Assembly: GCA_951804945.1 (NCBI GenBank)
Contig: OX638166.1
Coordinates: 22,444,001 to 22,508,000, forward strand
Direction: 5' to 3'
Source of the DNA: Podarcis cretensis
Taxonomy: Eukaryota
DNA: 64,000 nt
A program made the position numbers and the translations under genes. Shown here piece after piece: positions 38,026 to 50,857 of this stretch (the first letter of the stretch is position 1; every line of letters starts with the position of its first letter). The notes under the pieces were generated by a model, which had not been told where the DNA came from, did not search any database, and saw nothing but the letters and a program-made list of their open reading frames with translations.

Positions 38026-38833
38026 CTGCAATGAAAAATGGCATAAAACGAGCTTTCCTTTCAGTGAGGGGCCTTAAAGTATATTCCACAGAAAACTGAT
38101 TAAAACAACAAGCTATACTTATGATCAAGTGAGTGGTGACTATAGATAGCAGTTGGGGACTGAGTTATGAACAAGTTAAACAAGAGCAACACTGCAGGAA
38201 GCGTTGAACTTCTTATGGTAGATGCACCCTCAGACAGGTAAAAGTGGGGAAGCCATTAGCCTAAGAAGCCACTAGGTCTGGACAGCTGGGTGGTCAGGTT
38301 TGATTGCCCTGCAGAAAACCAACCTGATAAGGGTTTAAGCTCTGCCACAAGACATATAAGCATGATTGTCTACAAAGTGGAGAGTACAGAGGAACTTGAG
38401 GCACCACATTAGTAAGAAGTAAGTTTTCACCACGGTAACAGTGTCCCAAAGTGTTGTGGAGGCAAAAAATAAATGCAACTTGGGTTGGCTAATTGTGATT
38501 GTCTACTCACCATATCCCCCGTATGACATCTATGTACGGGAAGACAGAAATCCTCCACTGACAAAACTGTGCAATAATGACAGCCTTGCATTCTATGAAT
38601 TCTCTGGAGACTGTGGCTAACTCAAATGGGGCAACTCTGAAGCAGAATAGGAAATAGTGATGCTTGGGCTTGGTAGTTAGGTGAAAGTAGTTACTCCTGT
38701 GCAATCATTTCAATGGCTCTGTTCCAAATAGAATGCAAGCCTTGGTCTTTAATTGTTTTAAGGGACTCTAGAATGAATATATATATATATATATATTATA
38801 TATAATATATATATACATATATAGAATATATAT

Positions 38834-38898
38834 GCCTGGCATGCTCTGGTCCATGGGGTCATGAAGAGTCGGACACGACTAAACGACTAAACGACAAC
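38834..38898 (+). mobile_element. BovB/RTE-type LINE extreme 3' fragment
   Basis: gcctggcatgctctggtccatggggtcatgaagagtcggacacgactaaacgactaaac matches the BovB 3' terminus as recalled; TSD agaatatatat (38823-38833, 38899-38909). Confidence 0.8.
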
Positions 38899-39438
38899 AG
38901 AATATATATTTGATTACTTTTGCTTTTACTGGGTCATACTATAAATAAAGAACCTTGTACTTAATCAGATGAATCAAAGTTTCAGCTCAAGAACTACTTG
39001 CAAAATGGCAATTTTTATTTGCTCCTTGTATCCCTTTTAACTATGGATGTAGATTCGGCAGAGAGAGGCTCCAGTAAAAGGGAATTGGCTAACAGTTGAG
39101 TTGTTAGTAAGGGAAGTTGGCTGATTAATCAGGGTTGAATTACACTCCTGAATTGAATAAAAGCTATTTCCTCTCAATTTGATTTCAAGGTTAGCTAGGT
39201 GTGGGCATTCATCCAATAACTGAGATAGGTGTTTCTGTCTACTAAACAACAACAACAACAACAACAATGTATTTCCATGAACTGACACAGTCTGCATATC
39301 TACCCACATAACAATTCTGGAAACCAAGTGTTATTACTTCCACAATTTGAAAAAGCTCTTTGACAACTTTTATAAGTGACAATTTTGAAAATACTGTATA
39401 AAGAACAGAAAACTGTATAACTAGTAGAATATGCCTAC

Positions 39439-39548
39439 TTTTGAACTCTCCATCTGCAAATGTCAGTGGATACGCTCCTGGTTTTTCAATCTTGTATATT
39501 TCCTCTATAAAAAGGAGTTTGCAATCATTTATGACATCTTCTGGACCG
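39439..39548 (-). CDS. UHRF2: UHRF2 exon 5
   Basis: ttcag|C GGT...A|gtaggc; GPEDVINDCKLLFIEEIYKIEKPGAYPLTFADGEFK; 110 bp. Confidence 0.95.
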
Positions 39549-42013
39549 CTGAAAATTAAAGCATAAAAGTTTTGAGCTCAGTTTCTCCAAATCCAATTAT
39601 AGCATTGGCCAATTGAAAACAGATAACTGCTACTTCAAACCACCCATGTCAGTTGAAATTTTATAAATACACTCTGAGTTTTACTATCATTTATCATGAT
39701 CTTTTATTTAGCACTATTTTCATTTGAATCACCATTTATTAAATGCTATTTATTAGAGCTTTGGCTTTATGGAGACAACAAACACCAGGGGGAAAAAAGA
39801 AAATCTCTCACTGAAGACTGTTGGAAGAACTTGAGAAGACTAAGCACTTCTTTATTATACTGAGGGTTATGTTCCAGGGATAGCGCCGAAAGCTGAAATT
39901 GCATGTAGTCAAAACACATTGGGTTCAATGGCAGGTGAAACTGCCAAAGTCTTTTCCCCTGGATGCCCACCCCCTTTTTTATTTTTAATTGCCAAGCTGA
40001 ACGCACACAAGTTAAATGTGCCTACGTTGTGGGCTTGTTATGTTCAAAAAGATGCTCAGCTTGTCTATTAATGCACAAATGGAAAGAGTGTGCTTAAAGA
40101 CTACTGCTTTTCAGTGTCGTCAGTTTTTGTGCTTGTTCTCACTCCTCCTTCTGGTAATAGGGCAGACTCCTTGATTTTCAGTTTACTGGCATTTGTTTAA
40201 GTTTCCCCTGCCACCATTGTGAGGATGGAAAATCTGCCAAAATGTTTCATACCACAGGCTTATTGAGCATTGCTGCAATAAGCAGAATGGGAGGGGAAGA
40301 AAAACCAAAGAAGCGATGATTTGCCTTGGCTCTGGAAACAGTCTTGTTACAGGGGAAAAGAACTGTTCAATCATCAAGGAGAAAAGGAGGGGCATCTACG
40401 CTGGCAGCCATCCACACTGAACAGAACACTGCCGTGTTTCAAAATCCAGCAAATTCTTGTGCGATGGGGCAGTTTCTCTTTCTTGGCTGTAATTTTGTCT
40501 TGCTCATTTCAGAAGCCAAGCCTGCTTTACGCTTCGAGAAGGCACACATACTAAACAAAAAGAAAATGGCTTACATTTGAGAGGGAAACGGACAAGAGTG
40601 AAAAAGTCCTTCTGCGCACCTTCTTTGTATCCTTGTAGAGCAAGGCTGGCAATTTGAAAGCACAACCCAGCAGACATTTTATTTGTGGTTAACTATGCTT
40701 GAAGCACAGAAAACAGACTTGAGACCATCTAATAAAACCACCCTTTATTTCTTACATCTTTGTATTTCCTCCTCATTTCATCATTTTTGAAAAAATAAAA
40801 ATCTGAAATAAACTTTATTCTACACACAGATGTGCTCAAAATTAAACTACCAAATCAAGGAACAGGTGGTAAGTACCATTAAACCTATCAAATAAAGATG
40901 ACAACAAGTATTCTAAACAGAAGTCAGAAATAATAAAAATACTGAATCTAAGACAGTCAAGAGAATTATGAGTTTTTAATCCTCTGGCAGGAGATCCATA
41001 TTTAGACCAATTCTCACTACAAGAAACTAATTAATTTGGCAGTTGCCATAGTTACTGTGAAAGAGCCTTCTCAAGGTCAGCAAGAAAACATCAGAGGCCA
41101 GAAGATTGAAGATTTAAGGGCAGAAAGTTGAAATACAGGGAATGTAAGATCAGTCCCTCTTGAAAGAATATTTCTGTCAGTATTATGACAGATATGAAAT
41201 TAATTTCAGTTATATTTGACTTTACAGTAAAAGGAAACACATTGTTAAGTAAAATAGACTATCTTCACACCAAAATTATGTAGGTGGGTGCTGGTATTTG
41301 GCAAAATATGATTGAATAATAGGAACAGTCTAACATTCTAGTTATTTTATCCCTATTGTTCCTGATTGTTTCCTTATTTACTAAATATTCATTATCACAG
41401 TTCTTTGATTTAACACAGAGTTAACTAGAAATGGACCAAAAGCACTTAAGTGCTAATTCTAACTTCTGGGGGTACTCAAGCGTACGCAGTACTGGCACCT
41501 TTTCTTTCTAGAAAAAAAAGCAGTGGTTAAAAGTGTGACACTTACTGCAACAACTTCATGGTCAGTACAACACCTTTTTTCTAGAAAAAAAAGCACTTTT
41601 CAGAACTAAAGTGTATTCTGTTGAGTTCTCTGAAATTATTTGTTCATTGAGAGGCAAGTTACACAAAGTCCCAACTAACCCATTTTTATACACAGGGTAG
41701 AAGATGCAAGCAAGAAGATATACACCAAGCAACATTATTAAGTAAATCTGAAAAAATAAAATGCTGGGACTGGAATGGCACCTTCCAGATCACTTTATTA
41801 GAAGTATGTTATTTTGAAATACAGTTATGCAAATATAACTGCAACCTGCAAATAAAATATTGTATTTAATCATAATAATTGCAAGTATGTGCAAATTTTA
41901 ATTTTCAAAAGATCACTGCTGAAATATGAGAAGCATACAAATTTGCAGTATGTCTAAGATGAATCTCCATTATAAAAGTTCCTCGAAGACAAAATTAACC
42001 AATAAAATCTTAC

Positions 42014-42232
42014 CCCAGCAAAATTTTGGCATAAACTTCTTTGTTAGTCCTTGAAATCTCTCTCAGAGAGGTTATTTCTGCATCAAACCAGAATCCCCTC
42101 TCTTCCGGACTCTCTACATTGTAGTTAACCATCACCAAATCACCCACACATAATTCATTCCACTTCAAAATAGTTCTTGCTCGTGGTCGTAGATTACGGA
42201 CGGACATTTCTACGATGCCACTCTCTGGATAC
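42014..42232 (-). CDS. UHRF2: UHRF2 exon 4 (tandem Tudor domain)
   Basis: ttaag|G TAT...GG|gtaaga; YPESGIVEMSVRNLRPRARTILKWNELCVGDLVMVNYNVESPEERGFWFDAEIT...; 219 bp. Confidence 0.96.
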
Positions 42233-43810
42233 CTTAAAGAAATAAACAAACCAAAAATTAGGAGAGAAGCAGCCACGTCACAGATTAAAGGAAATACACC
42301 AGCTACAGTTTAAGTTGGATCTAATTGTGCCATTTCATTTGCTGAAAGGTTTTGGACCCAGCCAATGGAAGAGGAGGAGATTCCCACTTCAAGCTTCTAT
42401 GTCATCTTCAGTACTGTTCTGGAGGTACCCCCAACCCACCAGAGGAAATGGAGGGGTGGGTGCAGGCCTGGAATGGGTCCCAATTTGGCCTACCAGGCAT
42501 TTACCCCAAACCATACCCATTCACCCCATACCTAACACCTCAGGAGAGGTGTGGATGAAGACATGGCTGCTAATACACAATCAGAAGCCTTCAAGTGCAT
42601 TCCCAGTTATGCACTGACAAGGCAAGAATGCTCTTGCCACCAGTCGGCTGGGACTGGCTGCACTACCAAGGGGACTCCCCTTGGGAAATGCCTCGAGTTG
42701 CCTTTGGGAAATCCATGGCCAGCCAACCAACGCAGAAAGCAGAGCTTGAAGTAAGTGTTTATCAGCTGATAGGAACTCACTTCAAGCGCCCTAGAATTGG
42801 CTGCACTACTGAATTCCCCATGGGGAACTCTGAAGCCAGTCAATCCTCGAAGGGACTTGCCAAGAGTCCTGCTTAGCGCTTTGAAGCACTAACAATCAAC
42901 TGATTGGTGGCACTTTGAAGCATTGTGCAGGGCTCTTTGGAAGCCCAGTACACCGACCATTTCAGGACTTCAAAGCACCCCATTATCTGATGCCATTGTG
43001 ATGCCCACTTGACAAATGTGGTGTGTGACAGTTATAGAAGGTAAAGATCTGGCCCACCAAGCAGACTCAGTTCCACACCCCTAGTATAAAAGATGTGTCT
43101 CCAAAAAAACTATGTATCTATCACATTTCAAGTGGTTAAAGTAGAAGCTGTTTAAAACATAAACTAGCCTCATTTCCTTAGACAGGAAGACAAGATCCAG
43201 CAATTGGAAGTGCAAAATTATATGGGGAGCACCAAGCTCTTATGACAATTTAAGAAACTGTAGCAGTAGTAATGTAAGACCAAAAGGTAGGATCAAACCC
43301 AAAAAATCACCTTCACCCACCAACCCAGCAGTGAGATTCAGCAAGGGCTTCTTGCAAAGCCTCAGTGCGGGGAGGGGAGACCTCACCCCTTACTCTCACT
43401 TGAGGGGAAGCCCTTGCAGAGCCTCACGACTCCTATCCTATTGCGGGGGTGGCAGTGCATTTTGCCTCAGGCGCCAAAACATCTAGGGCTGCCCTATGAC
43501 ACTGACAATGAAGTTCACCATAAAAATCACAAACGTAAAATAGAAAAAAGAGTTCATTAGTTCTGCAAAGAATAATTTCACTTTTTCCTGTTCTACTAGC
43601 ATGGTGAAAGGTATGCAACACATCATTTACACAGTCATATCTTAAAAGTACAGTAAGCCCACAACTTACGTGCATTCAACTTATGCACATGGCCAAAAAA
43701 TAATAAAATAATTAAAAGGGGGCATACATTTGGGGGGGGGTGAAGACATGCAGTCCCGATTGCCATTGAACACAATGCGTTTCAACATGATTTTGGCTTT
43801 AGGCATTTTA

Positions 43811-44174
43811 AAAGGTAAAGGTAAAGGTACCCCTGCCCGTACGGGCCAGTCTTGACAGACTCTGGGGTTGTGCGCCCATCTCACTTAAGAGGCCAGGGGC
43901 CAGCGCTGTCCGGAGACACTTCCGGGTCACGTGGCCAGCGTGACATCGCTGCACTGGCGAGCCAGAGCCGCACACGGAAACGCCGTTTACCTTCCCGCTG
44001 GTAAGCGGTCCCTATTTATCTACTTGCACCCGGAGGTGCTTTCGAACTGCTAGGTTGGCAGGCGCTGGGACCGAGCAGCGGGAGCGCACCCCGCCGCAGG
44101 GATTCGAACCGCCGACCTTTCGATCGGCAAGTCCTAGGCGCTGAGGCTTTAACCCACAGCGCCACCTGCGTCCC
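43811..44174 (-). mobile_element. Sauria SINE, young CpG-rich subfamily, full length
   Basis: GGGACGCAGGTGGCGCTGTGGGTTAAAGCC head, (ACCTTT)3 tail; TSD taggcatttta (43800-43810, 44177-44187). Confidence 0.92.
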
Positions 44175-44577
44175 TCTAGGCATTTTACCAAGTATGTAAC
44201 TCCTCATGTTGCAGGTTTACTATACAAATTATTATTTGTAAAGAATCCACAAAAATGCTTGTTTTAAAAACTCAAAGAAGTGCTGATCAGCATCTACAGC
44301 CACACAATAAATGAAACTAATTTACAAAGGGGGGAAATTGTGTAAACTTGGTTTGACATATACCGCAAATCTCAGGGTGGGGTAGTGGGAGGATAGTACA
44401 AATGTAAACATTTTCAATAGTCTGAAGCCTTATTTGAAGTTAAAGAACAAGCAATATGTTTGTGTGCACCTTCCTAACCACTCCACCTCCACACACTTAG
44501 GTTAATGAATAATAGCTTGGGTTTTGGTAAACCATTATTTTTGCCATTATAGTCAATTCCACAAACTATGTTTGAAC

Positions 44578-44650
44578 CATAGAATAATGGAATTGTAGAG
44601 TTGGAAGGAACCCTGAGGATCATCGAGTCTAAACACCTGCAGTACAGGAA
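44578..44650 (-). mobile_element. CR1-type LINE 3' end remnant
   Basis: Minus strand gatcctcagggttccttccaactctacaattccattattctatg resembles a CR1 terminus. Confidence 0.6.
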
Positions 44651-45345
44651 TCATTTCTCCCTCCAAACCAGGACTGGAAAACAAACATAAAAACACAAGT
44701 CTGCAATCTTGTCTTGTAGGGCACACACCATAGTTTTTGGTATGCCTGTAAGATACCCAAGCCAGGAATTTATTCATGAAGCCAAAAGTGCAAGGAAAAG
44801 GAGGTACACAAGCACAGGACTCATTTTCAATCCATGGTTTGAAGAATGAAAAATGGTACATTTTAACTAAGCCAGTAAGTTATGAAACTTCCAGGAATTG
44901 AGACTGCAGTAATTGGAGAGAATAGCATATTCATTGGAGTCTTCAGAATGAGAAATGAAGATTCAAAAATGGGAAAGCTGGAGTGATTGTACTAGAGAAG
45001 ACATGGCTGGTGTGAGAGCTAGGGATTCATGAGGGTGTGTACTAAGGCACAAGTAGCTAGGTTATGTTGGCACTAGAGTTGATGAGTGTGGTATGAAGTT
45101 GGAAGGTTAATGGAAGTTGGGTGAAAGATGTGATGGCTGGTAAATATGAGAACTGAAGTCATCTGAAGAGGAAAGGACCACCAGGGAGAGAGGCAAGAAT
45201 AGGAACCAGTTATCAGGTCTGTGAAGTGCCACCACTACTGTTTTATGCCTGTTTTGTAGACATGATCCTCTTGCTTTACATCTGACTATGGACATCTGAC
45301 TATGAGAGTGAATCTAAGCTTTCTCTGACCATCAGAAAAACGAGA

Positions 45346-45706
45346 AAACGGCCTCGGCCCAGTATACCTGAAGGAGCGTCTCCACCCCCATTGTTCTGCC
45401 CGAACGCTGAGGTCCAGCGCCGAGGGCCTTCTGGTGGTTCCTTCATTGCGAGAACCAAAGCTACAGGGAACCAGGCAGAGGGCCTTCTTGGTAGTGGCAC
45501 CCGCCCTGTGGAACGCCCTCCCATCAGATGTCAAAGCGATAAACAACTACCTGACATTCAGAAGACATCTTAAGGCAGCCCTGTTCAGGGAAGTTTTTAA
45601 TGTGTGACATTTTAGTGTATTTTTGTTCTCTGTGGAAGCCACCCAGAGTGGCTGGGGAAACCCAGCCAGATGGACGGGGTACAAATAATAAATTATTATT
45701 ATTATT
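45346..45706 (+). mobile_element. L2-clade LINE 3' fragment with (ATT)n tail
   Basis: Near-identical to the copies at 4834 and 16508, including the 3' stem-loop. Confidence 0.8.
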
Positions 45707-48050
45707 AAAATAAATTATGCAAAATTATGCATTTACCATTCAACTTAATTCAATAACAAATATGGGTTTTTGTACAATTTGAAAATTTTAGTAAGGGGAA
45801 AGAGATACACAGAGATTTGCACAGCAAAAGATATGAGATCTAAGGAAACAGCGACTGTGGCCAGGAGCAAAAAAAACATGGTACCCCCCCCCAGATGTTG
45901 TTGGACTCCCAGCCCCACTTAGCTGCAGTCAGAATGGCCAATGGTCAGGAACAACAGAAGCTGTGGTCCAGTAACATCTGGCAGGGGTCACATTTGTGAC
46001 CCCTCCTATAGCTATGGGGAAGGACACGGAGTTGTGCAGATTACAGACCTCTAGACACCCTAGCTTCAGTCCTATTATCTCTGGTTTCTAAGAGGAATAA
46101 TCTACTATATCACTCCTCTATTGTTCCAATTCTCTACAGCTCTGAAGATAGGAAATTCATTTCTTTGTCTGTTAGGAAGAGATTCAGAAAATAAAAAGCC
46201 ACCTGCACACCTTCAATGCAAACAGTATTACACATTCAGTTCCAAATATTTCCAGAACATCTGCCTATAAACAATGGGTGATATCCAACTAAGTCACCCT
46301 CACAGTGGACCCACTGAAGTCAAATCCCTTTATTTCAATAGGTTTACTAATCCACCACTAAATGGAGCATTTTAACTATAGCAGAGCAGTGCAGCATTCA
46401 CAGCTATATGATTTAAACTGTAGCAGTATAATACAGCATTGCAGTACATGAAATAGAGCAAAATCAGACAAAGAAACAAAAGGAGATTCTCATTTCATTT
46501 TCACCAAAGATGAAGCAATTTTGTTAAAAATAGAGTAAAAAATGAAGCAAGCTCATTATTTTCTAATCAGTATATTGCCCTTATATAGTTTAATCGTTAC
46601 AATCTTAGCATAATCTTAAACTAACAATGCGCTTTTCAGTTACATATATATTGTAGACCTATACATATACTAGCTTTGCAATGTTAACTTAAGTAATAGC
46701 TGCAATTCACATTCTCTTGAAAATAATAGGGTCTTTCTCATTTATTTTGATACAACTGTGAGTGCACCTGATGCATTTGAAATAATAACTCGTGTCTTTA
46801 ATAACTTTAGTTTCTACAAGAATCAAGATTTTACTATATAAGTATCTCTAATAAAATATTAATATGGGGGGGGGGATCCAACAAATGTAAGAGCAAGTCT
46901 TTAAAAAATAAAAAGCTCAATAGATGATTGACTCTGTGAAAGCTTAACCCTACCAAACCTGCTTCTAATTTTAAATATTAATGCTAGCATAGCAGAACTC
47001 TCACGTGATCTTCCATCTCTATGGAAACCTTTCTTAGCAATTGGTTGCCCATGAAGAAAGAATCCCAGTTTTCCTTGACCACAGGCTGTATTTATACATT
47101 ACTAGAATGTGGCTCAGATAAAAGTATTAACCCTATGTGAACATACAACAAATCTATCCTAAATTTAAGGTCTATTATAAAATCATTTCATCTTTTCCTG
47201 ACCCCCTTCTAATTTACACCTAAAACAAGTACATTTAATTGATTCATGGAATCCACAACTGACTCATATCTGTTCACAGTTCACTTTATTTCCCTTTCCT
47301 CAAGCCAGACTGATCATTTTGGACCAAAATATTAAACAAGGACAGTCTTATCAAGCAAGCACAATCTGACAAGAGAAGCTTGTGTTTTGAAACAGGCTTG
47401 CATGTTCAAGCTTCCCATCTGGAAGTGCTCATACATAGGCAATAGTGTTATTCAAAAGGGGAGGGGGGGAGAGAAATACCACCTCTAACACACAGGTTGT
47501 TGTAAGTCCCATTGAAAAGATGGTGGGTGTTGTCAGTTTTAACAATGAAGCTCATGTGTCAGAGAAGAGGAAGTCCTAATTCACAGCACACACAAATACG
47601 GTTGATTAGCAATGTCAAAGCTGAAAGTGCAAACCCTTTGCCTTGTGCACCATTTCATTCAGGAAGCCCACTGCTGTGCATGAGGATCTTTCCCCAGATG
47701 GCAATGCCTCCAAATGCAAACTCTTACCAAAACACAGCCATTTAAAGATGAATAATATTTCTGCATATCTTAAAATTTGAATAACATCTAACAGATAAAA
47801 CTTTATATCTATATTCACACACACACACACACACACAATATAGGTTACTATCACAACCACTGCTTATTAAAAGCAAATAACTAGAAAAAAACCATTCCAT
47901 GAAAGAAAATATGGCCTACCATATATATACTGCCTGAACCCACATTTACGCAAGATACCAGAAGAAGCTCCTTTGATTTCTCTTACCACCTGACCTTCTA
48001 GGGGTGAGAGCTATGTCTTTCAAGCAGGTATAGTGGCTGAAGGAGGTTTT

Positions 48051-48097
48051 TGTGTTGTGTTGTGTTGTGTTGTGTTGTGTTGTGTTGTGTTGTGTTG
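48051..48097. repeat. (TGTGT)n pentanucleotide microsatellite
   Basis: Direct reading. Confidence 0.9.
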
Positions 48098-48488
48098 TTC
48101 TGTATGCCATGAGCTATGTGCTATAAGAAAAGCAAAAGGACAGAGCTAGCAGAACATGACTGGCAGAGGAAGCCTTCCTTCCCCCCCCCCCCACAATGAC
48201 AGACTCATTTCTGAGGGTGAGGGGCTATATCTCCCTTTGGGATGACATTGCTTGCAGGAAGGCACAAGGGCACTTCCTTAACATCTGCTGAACAGGAGGC
48301 TGCTGGGTTTGCTTCATATGGGCTAGTGACTTAATGGGGATTGGCTGGGTTTCTGTTTTGTCTATGCCTATAAGAATGCTGTATCACATTCCTGGGAAGA
48401 AAAAGAGGTCGTTAGGGAGAGTAGGGAGGACTCCAAGAATGCAGAATGTGACAGCTAGACTACTTACTAAGGACTTAATGGCCTAAAT

Positions 48489-48624
48489 CAGGTACCCCCA
48501 ACCTGCGGCCCTCCAGATGTTTTGGCCTACAACTCCCATGATTACTACCTAACAGGACCAGTGGTCAGGGATGATGGGAATCGTAGTCCAAAACATCTGG
48601 AGGGCCAAAGGTTGGGGGTTCCTG
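48489..48624. mobile_element. Palindromic hAT-type MITE
   Basis: caggtacccccaacct / aggttgggggttcctg TIRs; imperfect 8-bp TSD gcctaaat / gtctaaac. Confidence 0.8.
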
Positions 48625-48895
48625 GTCTAAACAGCAAACTTCAGCTCCAGCCCACTTGCATAGACTGCCAGTCCCACCCCCCAGCAGAATTCTAAGTGCT
48701 GGTTTTGATCCATAAACCACTGCATGGTTTAGGATTCTGAAACCTTATGGACTACCTTCCTTCATGTGAACCTACCCAGATGTTGAACAACATACAAGGC
48801 CCTTCTCTGTGTCCCCTCCAGATGTTGAAAGGGGAGAACCTGCCTTTACGGTGGTAGTCCTGACTGTGAAAAGCCTCACTGATACTCATCTTTCT

Positions 48896-50857
48896 TTCTT
48901 TAAAAAATAATATTTATTAAAAATTTTAAGGGTTACAAAAAGCAAAAGTAAAAGTAATAACACCATATTAAACAAAGACAAAACACATCACAATAAGAAA
49001 AAAAAGAGAAAGAAAAAAAACACAAAAACAAAAACCACAACTAATCTTCCCAACTTATCTTTCATTTGCTTGTTTCCTTGACCTCCTCACACCTCCCTTT
49101 TTTGTATTCTAATTCGATTAACTATTTCAGCAAATCCTTTCCATCTTTTCCAATTTTTGTTCTGTATTTTATCTCAATATAATGTAACTTTACTTTCCCT
49201 CCTTTCACCAATTTTTTTAACCTTATTTTAGCATTAAAACTAAAATACTTATATATGCTTAACTCCTTATAACATTTCTGCTAAATCCATAAAATATCAA
49301 TCCACCATTTTTCTAGCACTCATTAATTTTGCGATATTTCTATATATAAACTTTAAATTTTCCAATCTTCTTCCATCGACTCCTCTCCCTGGTTTCGGAT
49401 TCTGCCAGTCCTTTCCGTCAATTCCATATAGTCCATCAACCTGGAGATCTTATGTCCGAGGCTCTTAACTCTTTTCCAGGTCCCTTCTGCAGATCTTCTT
49501 TATAGTCTTTAATGCTGAAGAGCAAATCTCGAGAGAACTCCATCCTAACATTACTTTTATTCCTTCTAGACAGTTCAGCCAAATTTCCATAGTTGAAGCT
49601 AGTCTATACAGTGTTTCAGGATGTATTTCAAGATTCCTCCAAATCCAAAGGCCCCCAAAACTTCAATCTCCTTCAAATCCAAGTCCATGTCCCAAAAGTC
49701 AATTAATCCCAGGATAGAGAGATCTTTCCAACTTTCCTTCTTCAGTCCAAGCCAGGATCCAATCCTCAAAATCTGGCTTTTTCTAGATTCAATCATAAAA
49801 GGCCTCAATTTATAGTCCTCAATTTGCTTCTGTAGAACTAAGGATCCCGCTTGTGTTATTTTAGGTTCAAAAACAACGGCTTTCTCCTTTTCCTCCACCA
49901 TTTGTTCTACCAAGGTAGATTCCTGTGCCAGGTCCTGAATTATTTCTGTGTTGGTGCTCGCTTTTTGTCTCATATTAGTCACTTTCTGTTCCAAATTATC
50001 AGTTTTAAAAGTCATGTCATCCATCTTTTTATGAATCTCATCCAGCAAATAGTTTGTCTTACATAATGCAGTCAAAATAACTTCTCCTATCAACATTTTG
50101 AATAGTCCAAGGTCAATCTCTGGTTCTCAGAATCCTTATCTTGCAGCTGGAGACCTCCCAGTTACACTCCTATAACAATTTCAAAGGCTCCCTCTAGAGG
50201 GAAACAGTCTCCACTTGTATCAGTTCTTTCAAGCACAACTCAGGTATTAAACATAGTTTTGATTTTCAGTTACTTTTTCCTCCATTTTAAATGCAGAAGA
50301 GGACAATGGAAACAGTATCTTGCTCTTATTTTAGCTAGCTGTCTAATCCGTTCTGTCAATAAACTTTCCCCAAGCGTCATCTGGCAGCCCTTGCCCAGGT
50401 TCAGAGCTGTGGTAATTTGATCTTTCCCTCACTCCTGCAGGCTTACTAAGTTCAAAATTTCCCCCCTCTTCACCTGCTTACAAGGGGGGTTTTGTATTTT
50501 TAACCGATGGAGATTTAATCCTTTATCAAAAGCTTTCAAAGACTTTAGCTTGTAACGTCTTTGCTTCAGTCTATTTACAAAAGTGGAAGGTGGACTTCCT
50601 GTTTATGACCTTCCCGCTTTCGGCGCCAAATTAAGGTACTTAAAGATCCAATTTTCCGTTCTACTCACGGGTAGTTGTTTAAAATCCAATTGTCCACAGG
50701 AAAAAAGTCAGCGTTCTCCAGCAACGGCAATGCGGCTTCACTCCGTGAAAGAAGCAGTCGATTCAAAGCACCGCGCCGCTCACCCCACGTCGCTCCGGAT
50801 CCCCCAAACAGGGTTTCCCCGCGAGTAGGGGAGGCGCAAAAGGTGCCAGCCGAATCC
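48896..50857 (-). mobile_element. ~2-kb internally deleted (non-autonomous) L1-derived element
   Basis: 15-bp TSD gatactcatctttct (48881-48895, 50858-50872); CpG-rich 5' end; ORF1-like coiled-coil ORF 49599-50096; short ORF2 C-terminal remnant (LMDYMELTERTGRIRNQGEESMEEDWK); AATAAA plus A-rich tail. Confidence 0.8.

Noticed and set aside
49599-50096. 165-aa ORF as a nested host gene
   Set aside because: Lies within a TSD-bounded L1-derived element; better explained as ORF1-like
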